A stretch of DNA of 63,945 nt, counting the filler, from Octopus bimaculoides (taxonomy: Eukaryota), in NCBI RefSeq assembly GCF_001194135.2. It is 7 parts of 6 records of this genome, joined end to end, with 100 filler letters (N's around TTAATTAATTAA, not from the genome) between each part and the next. Parts side by side here need not be neighbours in the genome. Positions count along the whole stretch, not along the records: positions 1 to 21,484 come from NC_068985.1; positions 21,585 to 40,385 come from NC_068995.1; 5 more parts are not named here. One strand, given 5' to 3'. The notes below the pieces were generated by a model. That model worked only from the letters and a program-made list of their open reading frames with translations. It was not told the origin of the DNA and searched no databases. This document shows, piece after piece, positions 10,091 to 22,239 of the stretch; the stretch's first letter is position 1; the number at the start of each line of letters is the position of its first letter. Position numbers and translations under genes: made by a program.

Positions 10091-11555
10091 TACCATATTG
10101 TGAACGATGCATCGGTATATGACGTTGAATCTTCTACATTAGGCTTGCAGCGAGCAATCTGTCCCGGATCTGCAGTTGCATTTATCGGTTCTATGGTGGT
10201 TAAATGTTTTTTACAATGCCTCAAAACTGTTCTATCGATGGCTAGGTGATCCTTGGTACACTGAGAACTCTTCTTACATCCTCTTTGTTCCCTTGGCAGT
10301 ATTTCTTCCTGTACTAGGAAAGTGTTTGTCTTTGCCACACATATTCTAGTGAGTATCTTCCAGATTATGTTCAGGCATGCTAGTTTCCCACAATATTCCC
10401 CTTTCTTCTATCTTTCATTACAAGCGCTGTCCTCCCAGTCACCATCCACGCGGGGACTGTACCTTTCTGAACACACTCATTCAATTGGGCTGCTAGTCTT
10501 TCATGCACCGCATGGCATTTCTTCAGCCAGAAGCCATGAATCCCGTCTGGTACGTAGGCTTTCCAGTTAAGCACTTTACCCACTAGTTCTTTCACATTAC
10601 CCGTGCTTATGACTATATTCCTTTGTTTCTTTCCTCCTTATAATTCTGTCTTGATAGTTCCTATCCACATTACATCCCTTTTATGCACCACATTTTCCCC
10701 ATAACCGCTCCAGAACTTCCTGGCTTGGTTTGCACCAGGAGCGACATTTTCCCCCATTGTCTCTTTCTAACGTTCGGAAGAATTGCTTCGGGTTATTTTT
10801 TAACAATATGTTCTCGAACTGTTTCTTTCTGTTCGCAAATCTTCTGATCTGGTTTTTGCCATGATCCTCTGTTTTAACTGCTCTATTACTGTATCAAGCC
10901 CGTTCTTCTGTATTTTATATTTCTTTTCTAGTTTTTCTCGATCGGTTTTTTTCTCATTTTTCCAATTTCTTCTTAACCATTGCTCAATTTTGTCTAGATC
11001 TTGCCTTGCTCGCATTATGTCCCTTTCAATGCGTCGTTTCGACCATGGTTCTCTTGCTCCGCCATTTTTTGTTCTCTCAAGTTGTAATTTCTCCTCAACA
11101 AGTAGCGCAATAGCTCGGAGAAGATTCCTTGTTTCTGTTGTGTCCTCCGTCTGGATGTATGGTATGACAGTATTTATCTTTTGTGTTACTTTTTTATCAT
11201 ACTCCTATCTACCCTTCTCATATTCATGGTGATTTTTTTCTTCTGGAACATTCATCAAGTCGGTGAGTCGTCTTTGAATTTCAAGCAATTCATTATCTAG
11301 TTGATTCATTTCCCCTGCATGTCCACCCACCACAGTATCAGAATTCACTGTATAACATTCCTGTTCCTCATCCTCAACAACCCCATCACCATTTCCCTAT
11401 TCCTCTTGTCTACTCTTCTCCCTGCTTTCAACTCCTACCTCTCTGTTTTCAACTCCGACCACCCTTTGTAGCCCGTCCGCGGGGTCTCTCAGGCTCTCAC
11501 TAATCCAAGATATTCCTACTCCAGTTAAGTACCTTTTCCTCCTAGTCAAACCAAG
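10090..11555 (-). mobile_element. Dong/R4-clade LINE remnant (N-terminal region and RT start)
   Basis: EPWSKRRIERDI...KKYKIQKNGLDTVIEQLKQRIMAK; NWKAYVPDGIHGFWLKK...GRTALVMKD..KGNIVGN; QRGCKKSSQCTKDHLAIDRTVLRHCKK. It has multiple stops and frameshifts. Confidence 0.85.
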
Positions 11556-11556
11556 C

Positions 11557-11602
<46 letters not shown>

Positions 11603-12178
11603 TTTTCATCCTTTCGGGGTCGATAAAATAAGTACCAGTTGAACACTGGGATCGATGTATTCGACTCATCTGCACNNNNNNNNNNNNNNNNNNNNNNNNN
11701 NNNNNNNNNNNNNNNNNNNNNNNNNNNNNNNNNNNNNNNNNNNNNNNNNNNNNNNNNNNNNNNNNNNNNNNNNNNNNNNNNNNNNNNNNNNNNNNNNNNN
11801 NNNNNNNNNNNNNNNNNNNNNNNNNNNNNNNNNNNNNNNNNNNNNNNNNNNNNNNNNNNNNNNNNNNNNNNNNNNNNNNNNNNNNNNNNNNNNNNNNNNN
11901 NNNNNNNNNNNNNNNNNNNNNNNNNNNNNNNNNNNNNNNNNNNNNNNNNNNNNNNNNNNNNNNNNNNNNNNNNNNNNNNNNNNNNNNNNNNNNNNNNNNN
12001 NNNNNNNNNNNNNNNNNNNNNNNNNNNNNNNNNNNNNNNNNNNNNNNNNNNNNNNNNNNNNNNNNNNNNNNNNNNNNNNNNNNNNNNNNNNNNNNNNNNN
12101 NNNNNNNNNNNNNNNNNNNNNNNNNNNNNNNNNNNNNNNNNNNNNNNNNNNNNNNNNNNNNNNNNNNNNNNNNNNNNN

Positions 12179-12512
12179 CTAAAAGAAATGGAAAAACTTT
12201 CAAAATACAAAGACCTGGAAATAGAGATAACTCGAATGTGGAATCTAAAAACAGAAACAATTCCTATCATAGTAGGTGCCTTAGGTATAATAAAAAAATA
12301 TTCAGACAAATACATAACAAAAACACCAGGACTTACAAATATATATAACATACAGAAAATTGCACTACTGGGTACTGCACACATTCTACGCAAAACACTT
12401 TCAATACAGTAAACATAAGAGCACCACAGCAAACCACAGCACATACCCAAGGCGCACAGAGCTGCGCTCGGTAGTGAAGTGAAAGTACGTTATAAAAATA
12501 AAACTACTGAAT
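12179..12512 (+). mobile_element. Dong/R4-clade LINE 3' end (restriction-like endonuclease C-terminus and 3' UTR)
   Basis: KEMEKLSKYKDLEIEITRMWNLKTETIPIIVGALG...IQKIALLGTAHILRKTLSIQ*, followed by a UTR and a (TAA)n tail. Confidence 0.88.
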
Positions 12513-12545
12513 GATAATAATAATAATATATCGTAAATCATACGA

Positions 12546-12602
<57 letters not shown>

Positions 12603-12817
12603 GGTGGTGAGCTGGCAGAATCGTTAGCACGCCGGGCGAAATGTTGAGCGGTATTTCGTCTGCCGCTACGTTCTGGGTTTATATTCCGCCGGAGTCGACT
12701 TTGCCTTTCATCCTTTCCGGGTCGATAAAATAAGTACCAGTTACGCACTGGAGTCGATGTAATCGACTTAATCCCTTCCCCCAAATCTGAGGCCTTATGC
12801 TTCCAGTAGAAAGGATT
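12603..12817 (+). mobile_element. SINE family B copy (about 210 bp), in a (TTA)n tract
   Basis: ggtggtgagctggcagaatcgttagcacgccgggcgaaat...gtcgactttgcctttcatcc...; at least 10 copies in the window. Confidence 0.85.
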
Positions 12818-12929
12818 GTTATTATTATCATTATTATTATTATTATTATCATTATTATTATTATTATTATTATTATGATTAATATTATTATTATTGCGAG
12901 CTGGCAAAAACGTTAGAACGCCGGGTTTA

Positions 12930-14705
12930 ACATGTTCTCTTTGAATTTCGTTTTTGTTCTTTTCTCTTTTACCAGCCTTGATTACCTATACTTTATTCAT
13001 TGCCTTTAGAAACTTTTCTGTATTGTCATGGAAATAATCAAGAAAGCTATTCCGTTGCTTCTGCACACACTTTTCCATAACAATTAGGCCGTTTCCACCT
13101 TGGTCAACCAGTTGATATCAGCCTCCTGATGATGGGCTCCTGATGATGGCCAACAGCTATCCAGATTCCATTTGGCCTTTCAACTCCCTAGCTTCCTTCA
13201 AATCTACTCCGTTTCGTTACGAAAATAACGCACACTCAAGCCCGAATTTCAGTTCTATATCATTTGAGAAAATATGCCCAAAACTTTTCAGCTGCTTCTC
13301 ATTTTTCGCATGAAGCTTTAAATCGCATAAAGCTTTAAATCGCATAAAGCTTTAAGTCATCCATGAATAGGAGATGATTTATCTGACCATACCCTTTTCC
13401 CAAATCATACGCTATTTTGTCATTCTGTAATATCAGACTGAGTGGCGTCATGGCCACTATAAATAAGAACGGAAATATGCTATCATCTTGGAATATACCA
13501 CAGCTGATGTTCACCTTCCCAAGCTTTTGTTTCCCCCCAATCAAGTCAGTGCTCCGATGTTTCATACCTTCCTTGACCAATTTCTCCATACTTTCTACTT
13601 CTCAAAATATTCTCATTGTTTTACTCATCCAACTGTGCGGCATCATCTCGTATGCATTTTATAATCCAACCATGCTACATTCAATCTACGTCTGCAATTT
13701 CTGATAATCATTTTATCAATTAACAACTAATCTTCAGTTGCCCTACTTTGCCTCCTGCACTTCTGTTCCACTGGAAGTAACTTGTTACTTTCCAGATAAT
13801 GATAGAGTTTTTCCGCCAAGATACCGATCATGAGCTTTCACATAAAGTGACAAACAGGTTATAGGTTAAAAAAATTCGCACCAATATATCTTTCAAGGGA
13901 TACTTAAGACACAACAACGTTTGTCCACCTGTCATCCAAGTAGGAATGTATCCCAGCTACAAGCATTCATCAAGGTGTACCGCGATACTGTCATGCAGCC
14001 GTGTAAAATTCTTCAGCCAATAACCTTGTACAACATCTGGTCTGGTTCTTTCCAATTTGGTTTTGTTTTCAACTTCAGTCTCACTGAGTATAGATCAATC
14101 CTAACGTCCTTCTCTTTCGGCACATTAACAAGCTGCTCTTCACCTGTGTGTCTCACTGACATGTTCCAAGGTTCTCACTGACATGTTCCAAGGTTCTCAC
14201 TGACATGTTCCAAAGTTCTCTCCAAAACACTTTGTTTTCTTCCGAACCAGGAATCATCTCCGTACGTGGTTCCCCATTCTATTTCCTCAAAAGCCCGTCT
14301 TCTATTCGATCTATTTTGTTCAAAACCTTTGCATCAAGCATCATGGCTTTCAATTTAGCTTTTAACGCCACCACTCGTTGTGATATTTTTTCCTCTCTCT
14401 TCAAACTACTACTGTCCATTCAATTTTCTAATGCCTCATTAATGGGTTCCCCTCTCATTATCCTATTTAATTGCCTCAATTCTTTACTTGACTTTTCCAA
14501 CTTCATTCGTATTCTCTTCAGTTTTGTTCTGTCTTTTCCTTTTCTTTTCTTTTTTTTTTTTTTGCTTCTTTTCTATAGCTGACTTCCGCTTGTATCCTAT
14601 TATGTCAGCTACAACATTGGCAGCAGCTATAATTAGCTGGTGTGTTTCACTAATGTTCTCTGTTTTAAACCAGATTCAAACGCTGTTTAATTTGTATATG
14701 GCTCA
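12930..14705 (-). mobile_element. Dong/R4-clade LINE remnant, internally deleted
   Basis: NISETHQLIIAAANVVADIIGYK; LGKVNISCGIFQDDSIFPFLF; QINHLLFMDDLKLYA (RT catalytic YxDD-like motif FMDD); MKCGLECALFS. Confidence 0.8.
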
Positions 14706-14744
14706 CATTATTATTATTGTTGTTGTTGTTCCTGCTGTTGTTGT

Positions 14745-15275
14745 CGTTGGCGAGGTGAGACGTGTTTTTTCTGAGCTCCGTGAGTTGTAGTTTGTGTTGA
14801 AAAAAAGACCCAGACAAGGGGGACGTTATAGAGAATTTCAGGCCCATCACTCTGCTCAATGCAGAGATGAAGATTTTGGCCAAGATGCTAGACAAGAGGT
14901 TGGCGCTTGTCGTGGACAAGCTGATTGGCGAGACGCAAATATGCATCATCCCAACCAGGACTATTCACAACCTCCACCTCATAGAGAGGATGGGTAGCGA
15001 AGCTGGCATAGGTGGGACTCTGATCAAATTAGAGCAGTCTAAAGCCTTTGATAGAGTCGACCATCAATACTTATCAGCTGTTCTCGGGGCAGCTGGTTTC
15101 GGTCCAGGTTTCCGCAGTTGAATTGCTGCTTTGTACAGCGGAATCTGCTCGGTTGTTGGGGTGAATGCGCTCGGTCCGGCAAGGGTGTCCTCTCTTCTTG
15201 TACTGACTCCTGAACTACTGCTGCGGAATTTGGAAGTATTGAGGGTGTGTTCCGTGTAATCTAGGATGTGGGAGA
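14745..15275 (+). mobile_element. Tx1/L1-clade LINE RT fragment
   Basis: MKILAKMLDKRLALVVDKLIGETQICIIPTRTIHNLHLI...LIKLEQSKAFDRVDHQYL. Confidence 0.85.
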
Positions 15276-15775
15276 AGCGTGTCTGCCAAAATAAAGCAAT
15301 CAAAATCACCCGAAAACAACAACAACAATATACTAACACCCACGCTTCCAACACTTTCACTAATACCACCACTACCAGCACCACAGACACAGCTAACAGT
15401 ATAAGGCACAACAGGGTCAACACAAAAAGTAAACGAAAATAGCAAAAGCACCACAAAACTCACCGGCATAAACACAGACAACACAAACTTACTATTATAT
15501 ATAAAGAAAAATACAGACATCAAAATTACTGACTTTGTTTCCCCCACGAATAACACACCGCCACGACATATACAGATCCTTCGAACATTGCAACATACAT
15601 ACAGCAACATAGAATCCAAATTTCCTCAGGCGTTGGAGGCTTCAACACGAAAGTGCCCCGGAACGTCTATAAATCCTTGGTCATAGAGACCACCACGACC
15701 CACTTAAGGAGCGGGACATCTGCTTCGCTCCCACTCCAGAGTACTCTGCTTTTTTTCTCCTTACCAGCGACTCAA

Positions 15776-18060
15776 ATGGTTATACTCAAAGTAGTTTGCA
15801 TAAACGTCCGTTGCCTGGGGTCCCCTTTGAAACAACGACCTTAGGTCACGAGGAATAGATGTAATAGCCATTACTGAATCAAGACTAACCGAGCCGCGAG
15901 CTTTCATGCCTATTTTCGATGACTACGAGATCTACGCATCTCCGTGTCGGTGGGGAATGGATGGTGGGAGTACAGTGGTATTGTTTCGGAAAGATCGCGA
16001 TCTCAAAGTAAGATAAGTCTTCTTGGACCCGGAAGGTAGGCTGGTGGTCCTGGACATTAGCGGTAGTAACGGTGGGGCATTCAGACTGGTGGCTGTTTAC
16101 GCACCGACAGGTGCAAAACAGCCGGAATACTTCAGGCGCCTGGAGTTCTTCCTGGGTACGTCCCTGCCTTTGGTGTTAGTGGGCGATTTCAACCCCGTCT
16201 TATATGCACAATTGGATTGTATGGGGCTATCGGATAAGAAAGGGGGTTGCAAAAGCCTCGCAAACCTGCTCAGACACTTTCAAATGTCTGACAGATACTG
16301 ACTGGATTTCCCGAATATGCTAATGTGGACATGGGCAAACCACATCAGAACAGCCAGATCGTATCTAGATAAAGTATTTTGCAGGTCTTTAGATGGGGAT
16401 AGTATTAGTTGTCCACAATTTCAAATCGTCGGCTACACAGATCACAAATTGGTGAGCTCTAAGGTTGATTTAGATAGCATACGTAGACAGGGCACTGGCT
16501 ACTGGAAGCTAAACACGTTATTCCCGGCGTGCCAGGCTTACAGAAACTGGTTTAAAGAGTTAGTTCAGAAAGCTTTGACAAGGGCAATCGTCAACATTAA
16601 ATAGTAGTATAACCTAAAAAGGGCCATCAAAGTAGAATCCGTTACGTTTAGCAAAGTTATAGCTGTAAAAAGAATTAGAATAGAGGGTGATTTAGTGAGA
16701 AAAGTTAAAAGAGGCACTTAGGAAAGGCATTGCAATTGACGTGCCGGCAGTGAGGTTGGCCCTCGATCAACACTTCAACGCCAAGCACGAAGGTTGCATT
16801 GTCAGAGCTAAGGCACGTGCTCTGAGACAAAAGTGAACCAAAGCTGTCCGATAGGCCCGGGTGGCCGTGGCGTAAAATGGCAACAAAAACACCATTTTGT
16901 CTTTAGTGGACCAAAATGGGCGCACGGTGAACGAGCCGGGGCAGATATGTGTGGCTTTTCATCAGTATTTTGCCGATTTGTTCGGGACGAACGGTGGGCC
17001 AGATCGCACGATGGATTTCACTGCCTACCTCGATGACCAAACACGACTGTCAGAAAGAGATGCAGAGTGTTGCGAAAAGCCAACAACAATTGAGGAAATA
17101 CGGGACGAGATAATGAGCTGACGGGGGTGGGAATCTCCAGGATTAGATGGTCTACACTACGAGCTTTATTTTAGTATGCCAGACTTGTATGCAGGCTTCT
17201 TGATAGATGTCTACTGCAACTGGCAACAGAATGAAATAAGTTCCAAATTTGTGGGCCGAGGAGCAGTGCTATTGCTGAGAAAGGTTCCAGACAAGGGGGG
17301 AGGTATTAGATCATTTTAAGCCCATCACTCTGCTCAACGCAAACATGAAAATTTTGGCCAAGGTGTTAGTGAAGAGGTTGACGCTAGTCGTCGAGAAACT
17401 GGCTGGAGACGCACAAACATGTGCCATCCCAAATAGGTCCATCTACGACAACCTCCACCTCATTCACTACATCGTAGATAGGGTGGTTAAGAAACCTGGC
17501 ATGGGTGGAGCTCTGATCAATTTAGATCAGTTAAAAGCCTTTGATAGGGCTGACCATCAATATTTGACGGCTGTCTCACGGCGGTCGGTTTCAGTCCGGT
17601 TTTCCGCGGTTGGGTCGTTGCCATGTACAATGACATCTACTCGATAGTCGAGGTAAATGGTCACCAATCGGAACCATTAAACATCGTACGTTCGGTCCGT
17701 CAAGGGTGCCCACTCTCGTCGCTTCTGTATGTAATGACTCTCGAGCCATTGCTTCGGAAACTGGAGACGCTGAGAGACATCTCTTGTGAACTAGGATGTG
17801 GGAGAGTTGTGTCAACATACGCAGATGACGTCACTGTCATAGTGTCGGACGACAAGCACAGAGACCTGGTCAGCACTACTGTGAAAGAATACGTGGAAAT
17901 AACGGGAGCAAAGATTAACCCAAAAAAGTCGGTGGACCTGCAGCTCGGCACCTGGAGAAGCAGATTCATGCCGACCGGTAGCGTTGTAGAACGTTGGACG
18001 GTCGTGTCCGAATCAGTGCTCGGGGTCTGGTTCGGACCGGACCTCCAACTGGAGGTTCGG
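15776..18060 (+). mobile_element. Tx1/L1-clade LINE ORF2 (APE endonuclease and RT), decayed
   Basis: ATG at 15776: MVILKVVCINVRCLGSPLK; DPEGRLVVLD..FRLVAVYAP..LVGDFN; WTW..SYLDKV..YTDHKLV; GYWKLN; KAFDRADH; VRQGCPLSSLLY; YADDVTV. It has many stops and frameshifts. Confidence 0.9.
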
Positions 18061-18574
18061 TCTATCTATAAAAACACCACATCGTATTTACGATAAAGGA
18101 ATCTATCTATGGAAAATTACATCGTAGTTAAGAAGTAAAAATCTATAAACATATCAAAGTTTTAACAATCATAGAAAGCAATAGAAAAGGCTTACACACT
18201 TTGGGGGAAGGCTGTTAAATGGCCATCCTATCGTGTGAATGCTTACAGCAGCACTGAAAACCCAGTGGAAGAGGAGGGGGAGAGAGGGGGAGGACGAAGG
18301 GGAAGCAGGTAGGTAAGCTCGCCAAAATTCCAGCGTGGGGACGAATTTATGTATAGAAATCTAGATTTTTTGGGAGGACCTAGCAGAGCTAAGATAAAGA
18401 AATTTATGAAATCTTTGAGAAGAGAGTCGACAAGTTAGAACTAGCATAGCTAAGATATAGAAATTTATGAACAACATCTCAAAGTTTTAAAAAAGTATAG
18501 TAATATATCTATAAAACACCACATCGTATTTACGATAAAGGAATCTATCCTATCGCGTGAATGTTTGTTATTAT

Positions 18575-18974
18575 TATTATTATTATGTTGTTTTTTTTTC
18601 TTCTTTCTTCAAATTGTCTTCCATTTCTCGCCGAGTGTTTTCCGTATACCTAGGGCAGAGAAACTCGTTGTATGCATTCCCAGTTTACACACGCAAATTC
18701 ACAGGTAAAACATGTATTTAAGAAAAAAAAAAAGAAAAAATTCATGAATGGATGTTGTTTTCACGGCGATAATGCTCTTCTCAGTATATGAGTCGTTCCA
18801 GTTAGCACAATTTTTTGCACTTCCTGTAGGGATGGTAAGCCTGGTATCATTTTCAAATAGGTTTCAGTACCTTTTTTTATCATTCCTAGAAATCCTACAA
18901 TCACTGGTACGGTAGTCGCCTTAAGGTGCCACATTTTTTCAATTTCTATTAGCAAGTCTTTATATTTACTGATC

Positions 18975-18976
<2 letters not shown>
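18575..18976 (-). mobile_element. Dong/R4-clade LINE 3' fragment
   Basis: KYKDLLIEIEKMWHLKATTVPVIVGFLG...LQEVQKIVLTGTTHILRRALSP*, with (TAA)n on both sides in element orientation. Confidence 0.85.
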
Positions 18977-19015
<39 letters not shown>

Positions 19016-19016
<1 letters not shown>

Positions 19017-19325
19017 GAGTGAGAGAGCAGTGCATGCCATCAAAATGACACTGGGGTAAAATATACGAAGCCCATTATACCCATCTGATAAGGGTACACC
19101 AGGCAGGTACATGCATCACAACCATATTTGCGCGACATGGTGATCTCATATCAAGATAAACAGCGCATGACCTCGCAGGTGGGGCACAGATAGAATTTTC
19201 TTCAGGTCNNNNNNNNNNTTGCTGTAGCCCATCTTTTATACCAAGACAAAACAATGTACATGATAACACTTCCAATCAATTAAGATCAGAAGCCATGAGA
19301 GCCACTGCCTGGCACTGCGTCCGAG
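19016..19325 (-). mobile_element. SINE family C copy (short internal gap)
   Basis: Non-coding interspersed-repeat-like block (gcagtgccaggcagtggctctcatggcttctgatc...gcactgctctctcactc) ending in (AAT)n. The family assignment is from recollection of octopus repeats. Confidence 0.55.
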
Positions 19326-19332
19326 CAGATTA

Positions 19333-19396
<64 letters not shown>

Positions 19397-19398
19397 CA

Positions 19399-19595
19399 AG
19401 GCGACGAAGTAACGAGTATCGTTAGCACGCCGGGCGGGCGAAGAGCTTAGCGGCATTTCGTCTGTCTTTACGTTCTAAGTTCAAATTCCGCCTAGGTCGA
19501 CTTTGCCTTTCATCCTTTCGGGGTCGATAAATTAAGCACCAGGGAAACACTGCGGTCGATGTAATCGACTAGTCCCCTCCCCCAAAATTTGAAAC

Positions 19596-19597
<2 letters not shown>
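19399..19597 (+). mobile_element. SINE family B copy
   Basis: Homologous to 12603-12817; flanked by (TTA)n. Confidence 0.85.
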
Positions 19598-19646
<49 letters not shown>

Positions 19647-19860
19647 GGCGACGAAGTGACAGAATCGTTAGCACACCGGGTGAAATGTTTAGCGGTATTT
19701 TGTCCGTCCTTACGTTCTGAGTTTAAGTTCCACCGTGGTCGACTCTGCCTTTCATCCTTTCGGGGTTGATAAAATAAGTACCAGCCAAGCACTGGGGTGG
19801 ATGTAATCGACTAAACCCCTCCTCCAAAATTTCAGGCCTTATGCCTAAAATAGCAAGGAT
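19647..19860 (+). mobile_element. SINE family B copy
   Basis: Homologous to 12603-12817; flanked by (TTA)n. Confidence 0.85.
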
Positions 19861-20104
19861 TACTATTATTATTATTATACACACTGTGAAGTATATATTA
19901 TACCTATTGTATTATACCTTGGGTTTTCGAAGTGTTCCTGTTTTTGATAAATTGAAGTCTTTTACCGATGTGTGTTTAGTTAACTGAATACGACGCTAGT
20001 TAGGTTCCGACATGAAATGCTGATGAGATGATAGTCTGGATTATAATTATCTCCTCAATTTTTAATATAATATAATATAATATAATATAATATAATATAA
20101 TATA

Positions 20105-20513
20105 GGCGCAGGAGTGGCTGTGTGGTAAGTAGCTTGCTTACCAACCACATGGTTCTAGGTTCAGTCCCACAGCATGGCACCTTGTGCAAGTGTCTTCTAC
20201 TATAGCCTCGGGCCGACCAAAGCCTTGTGAGTGGATTTGGTAGACGGAAACTGAAAGAAGCCAGTCGTATATATATATATGAATATATATATGTGTGTGT
20301 GTGTTTGTGTGTCTGTGTTTGTCTCCCCAACATCGCTTGACAACCGATGCTGGTGTGTTTACGTCCCCGTAACTTAGCGGTTCGGCAAAAGAGACCGATA
20401 GAATAAGTACAAGGCTTACAAAGAATAAGTCCTGGGGTTGATTTGCTTGACTAAAGGCGGTGCTCCAACATGGCCGCAGTCAAATGACTGAAACAAGTAA
20501 AAGAGTAAAAAGA
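20105..20513 (+). mobile_element. SINE family A, full length (tRNA-like head, internal microsatellite)
   Basis: ggcgcaggagtggctgtgtggtaag (A-box-like)...ggttctaggttcagtccc (B-box-like)...(TA/TG)n...gcggttcggcaaaagagacc...aaacaagtaaaagag. It is near-identical to 40928-41329. Confidence 0.9.
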
Positions 20514-21112
20514 GAGAGTGTGTACATATATATATACATGTAAATATACATATATATACACATATATACATCCATAAACACGCACATAGATTTCCGGTAA
20601 GACCTTCTTCCCTACCTCCCAGCAATCTTAGGGTCCCTAAACGAAACTTGATTACTGCCTTCTCACCTGACTAAAAGATTAAGGAAAAAAACCTGTATAA
20701 ATAAGTTTTGCTAGTTTGTTGTGTTTTCTTCAAAGAAAAAAACTTTTGCAGACGTATTAGTGTCTTAGATTTTGAAAATTAGTCTCAACCAGGGATCGAA
20801 ACCAATGCGTGTAGGGAACATTCTGAAAGTGTATCTCTTGCTTTATGGTTCTCATTACAAGAGGAAAATTGAATATAGATCACAATCTTGGCAACAGTGA
20901 AATACAAAATTTAAGACGACATCCAGCTGGGGTATATAATGTTTCAGTTATATAACAACTGTACACTATAAAGTTACACATTATTAAGAACAGTCTTCAA
21001 AAGAACAATTCTATGATAGCAATCTATCCTTTTGCAAAAGTTCTTCGATATATGGTTTTGGCTCTGTAGATAATGTCAAATGTCATGATTATGATGTATT
21101 GTCTAAAAGACC

Positions 21113-21198
21113 GACACGTGTCATAACCACACTGTTATTGCCAACAAAGCATTACTGAAATTGCTATAAAAGGGGAGCATTTCACAGATTTCATCAGT
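21113..21198 (+). promoter_or_regulatory. Pol II core promoter: palindromic E-box, TATA box and initiator
   Basis: GACACGTGTC at 21113-21122; TATAAAA at 21165-21171; TCAGT Inr at 21194-21198, with its A 31 nt after the TATA start (canonical spacing). Confidence 0.65.
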
Positions 21199-21239
21199 GT
21201 TGCCTTCAGCTGAAGACTGAACACTGACTTGAAGAAGTC

Positions 21240-21278
21240 ATGATGAAGATTCCTTGTCTCTTTGCGATCGTCTTTGCC
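21240..21278 (+). CDS. First coding exon encoding a partial signal peptide (MMKIPCLFAIVFA); putative start of a second hemocyanin gene
   Basis: ATG 44 nt after the Inr; basic residue then a hydrophobic core; ends on a perfect phase-0 donor GCC|GTAAGT. It resembles the octopus hemocyanin leader as recalled (not verified). Confidence 0.6.
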
Positions 21279-21360
21279 GTAAGTTAAACAGAATTCTTTA
21301 ACTTTCTATGCACGTATCGAAATTATCAACATTTTTTCTTAATATTTTGTACATTGAAAG

Positions 21361-21484
21361 CAGCGAGCTGACAGAATCGTTAGCACACTGGACAAAATGT
21401 TTAGCGGTATTTCGTCCTTCTTTATGTTCTGAGTCGAATCCCATGGAGGCTTATTTTGCCTTTCATCCTTTCGGCGTCGATAGA
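21361..21484 (+). mobile_element. SINE family B copy, truncated by the assembly linker
   Basis: cagcgagctgacagaatcgttagcac... homologous to the other copies. Confidence 0.8.
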
Positions 21485-21584
21485 NNNNNNNNNNNNNNNN
21501 NNNNNNNNNNNNNNNNNNNNNNNNNNNNTTAATTAATTAANNNNNNNNNNNNNNNNNNNNNNNNNNNNNNNNNNNNNNNNNNNN
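21485..21584. other. Artificial scaffold-join linker (44 N + TTAATTAATTAA + 44 N)
   Basis: Exactly 100 nt with a six-frame stop 12-mer. The same linker 12-mer recurs at 40430, 51476, 55386, 60202 and 62812. Confidence 0.92.
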
Positions 21585-21649
21585 ACGGAACCCGGAACCA
21601 TGTGGTTGGGAAGCAAGCTCCTTACCACACAACCACGCCTGCGCCTATT

Positions 21650-22177
21650 ATTCTTTTATTCTTTTAATTGTTTCAGTCATTTGACTGCGGCCATGCTGGG
21701 GTACCGCCTTTAGTCGAACGAATCGACTCCAGGACTTATTCTTTGTAAGCCTAGTACTTATTCTATCGGTGTCTTTTGCCGAACCGCTAAGTTACGGGGA
21801 AGTAAACACACCAACATCGGTTGTCAAGTGATGGTGAAGAGGGTACAAACGTAGCCACACAGCTATATACATATCTATATTTATAAAATTCATTGTGCGC
21901 GCGCGTGCGTGTGTGTGTGTTTTCTCTATGCACGGCGAAACAGCTGGATCAATCTGTACCAAATTTGGCATGAAGGTTTTTCATTACTCGGGGAATGTTC
22001 TAGGGAAAGGGTCAAATTTTGGCTCTTGCGCATATAGGGGGCTGTAGCACCCCTACCCTTATGCGACTCTTCCGATTTTTTTTCAGCGGTTTAATAGTTT
22101 CACTTTTATTCTTTCACTTTTCATAAGACTATAATATTGTATCACTTTTCTTTCACTGATTGTTTCACTTTTATTTT

Positions 22178-22239
<62 letters not shown>

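Noticed and set aside
18055-18565. Rearranged direct repeats (caccacatcgtatttacgataaaggaatctatc x2; ctagca.agctaagata.agaaatttatga x2)
   Set aside because: The repeats are real, but I could not assign ends, a family or a function; probably a decayed repeat with local duplication.
12541-19880. Repeat-spacer-like alternation of (TTA)n and about 200-bp units as a CRISPR-like array
   Set aside because: The units are homologous SINE copies in microsatellites within a eukaryotic genome; there is no constant repeat with unique spacers and no cas genes.
21175-21200. Possible minus-strand hammerhead (CTGATGA-aatctgt-GAAA)
   Set aside because: No stem I or usable stem II/III pairing; the sequence is better explained as the promoter initiator region.
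21529-21540. TTAATTAATTAA palindrome repeated six times as a possible regulatory or homeodomain site
   Set aside because: Each copy is centred in an exact 100-nt N block, so it is an assembly linker.
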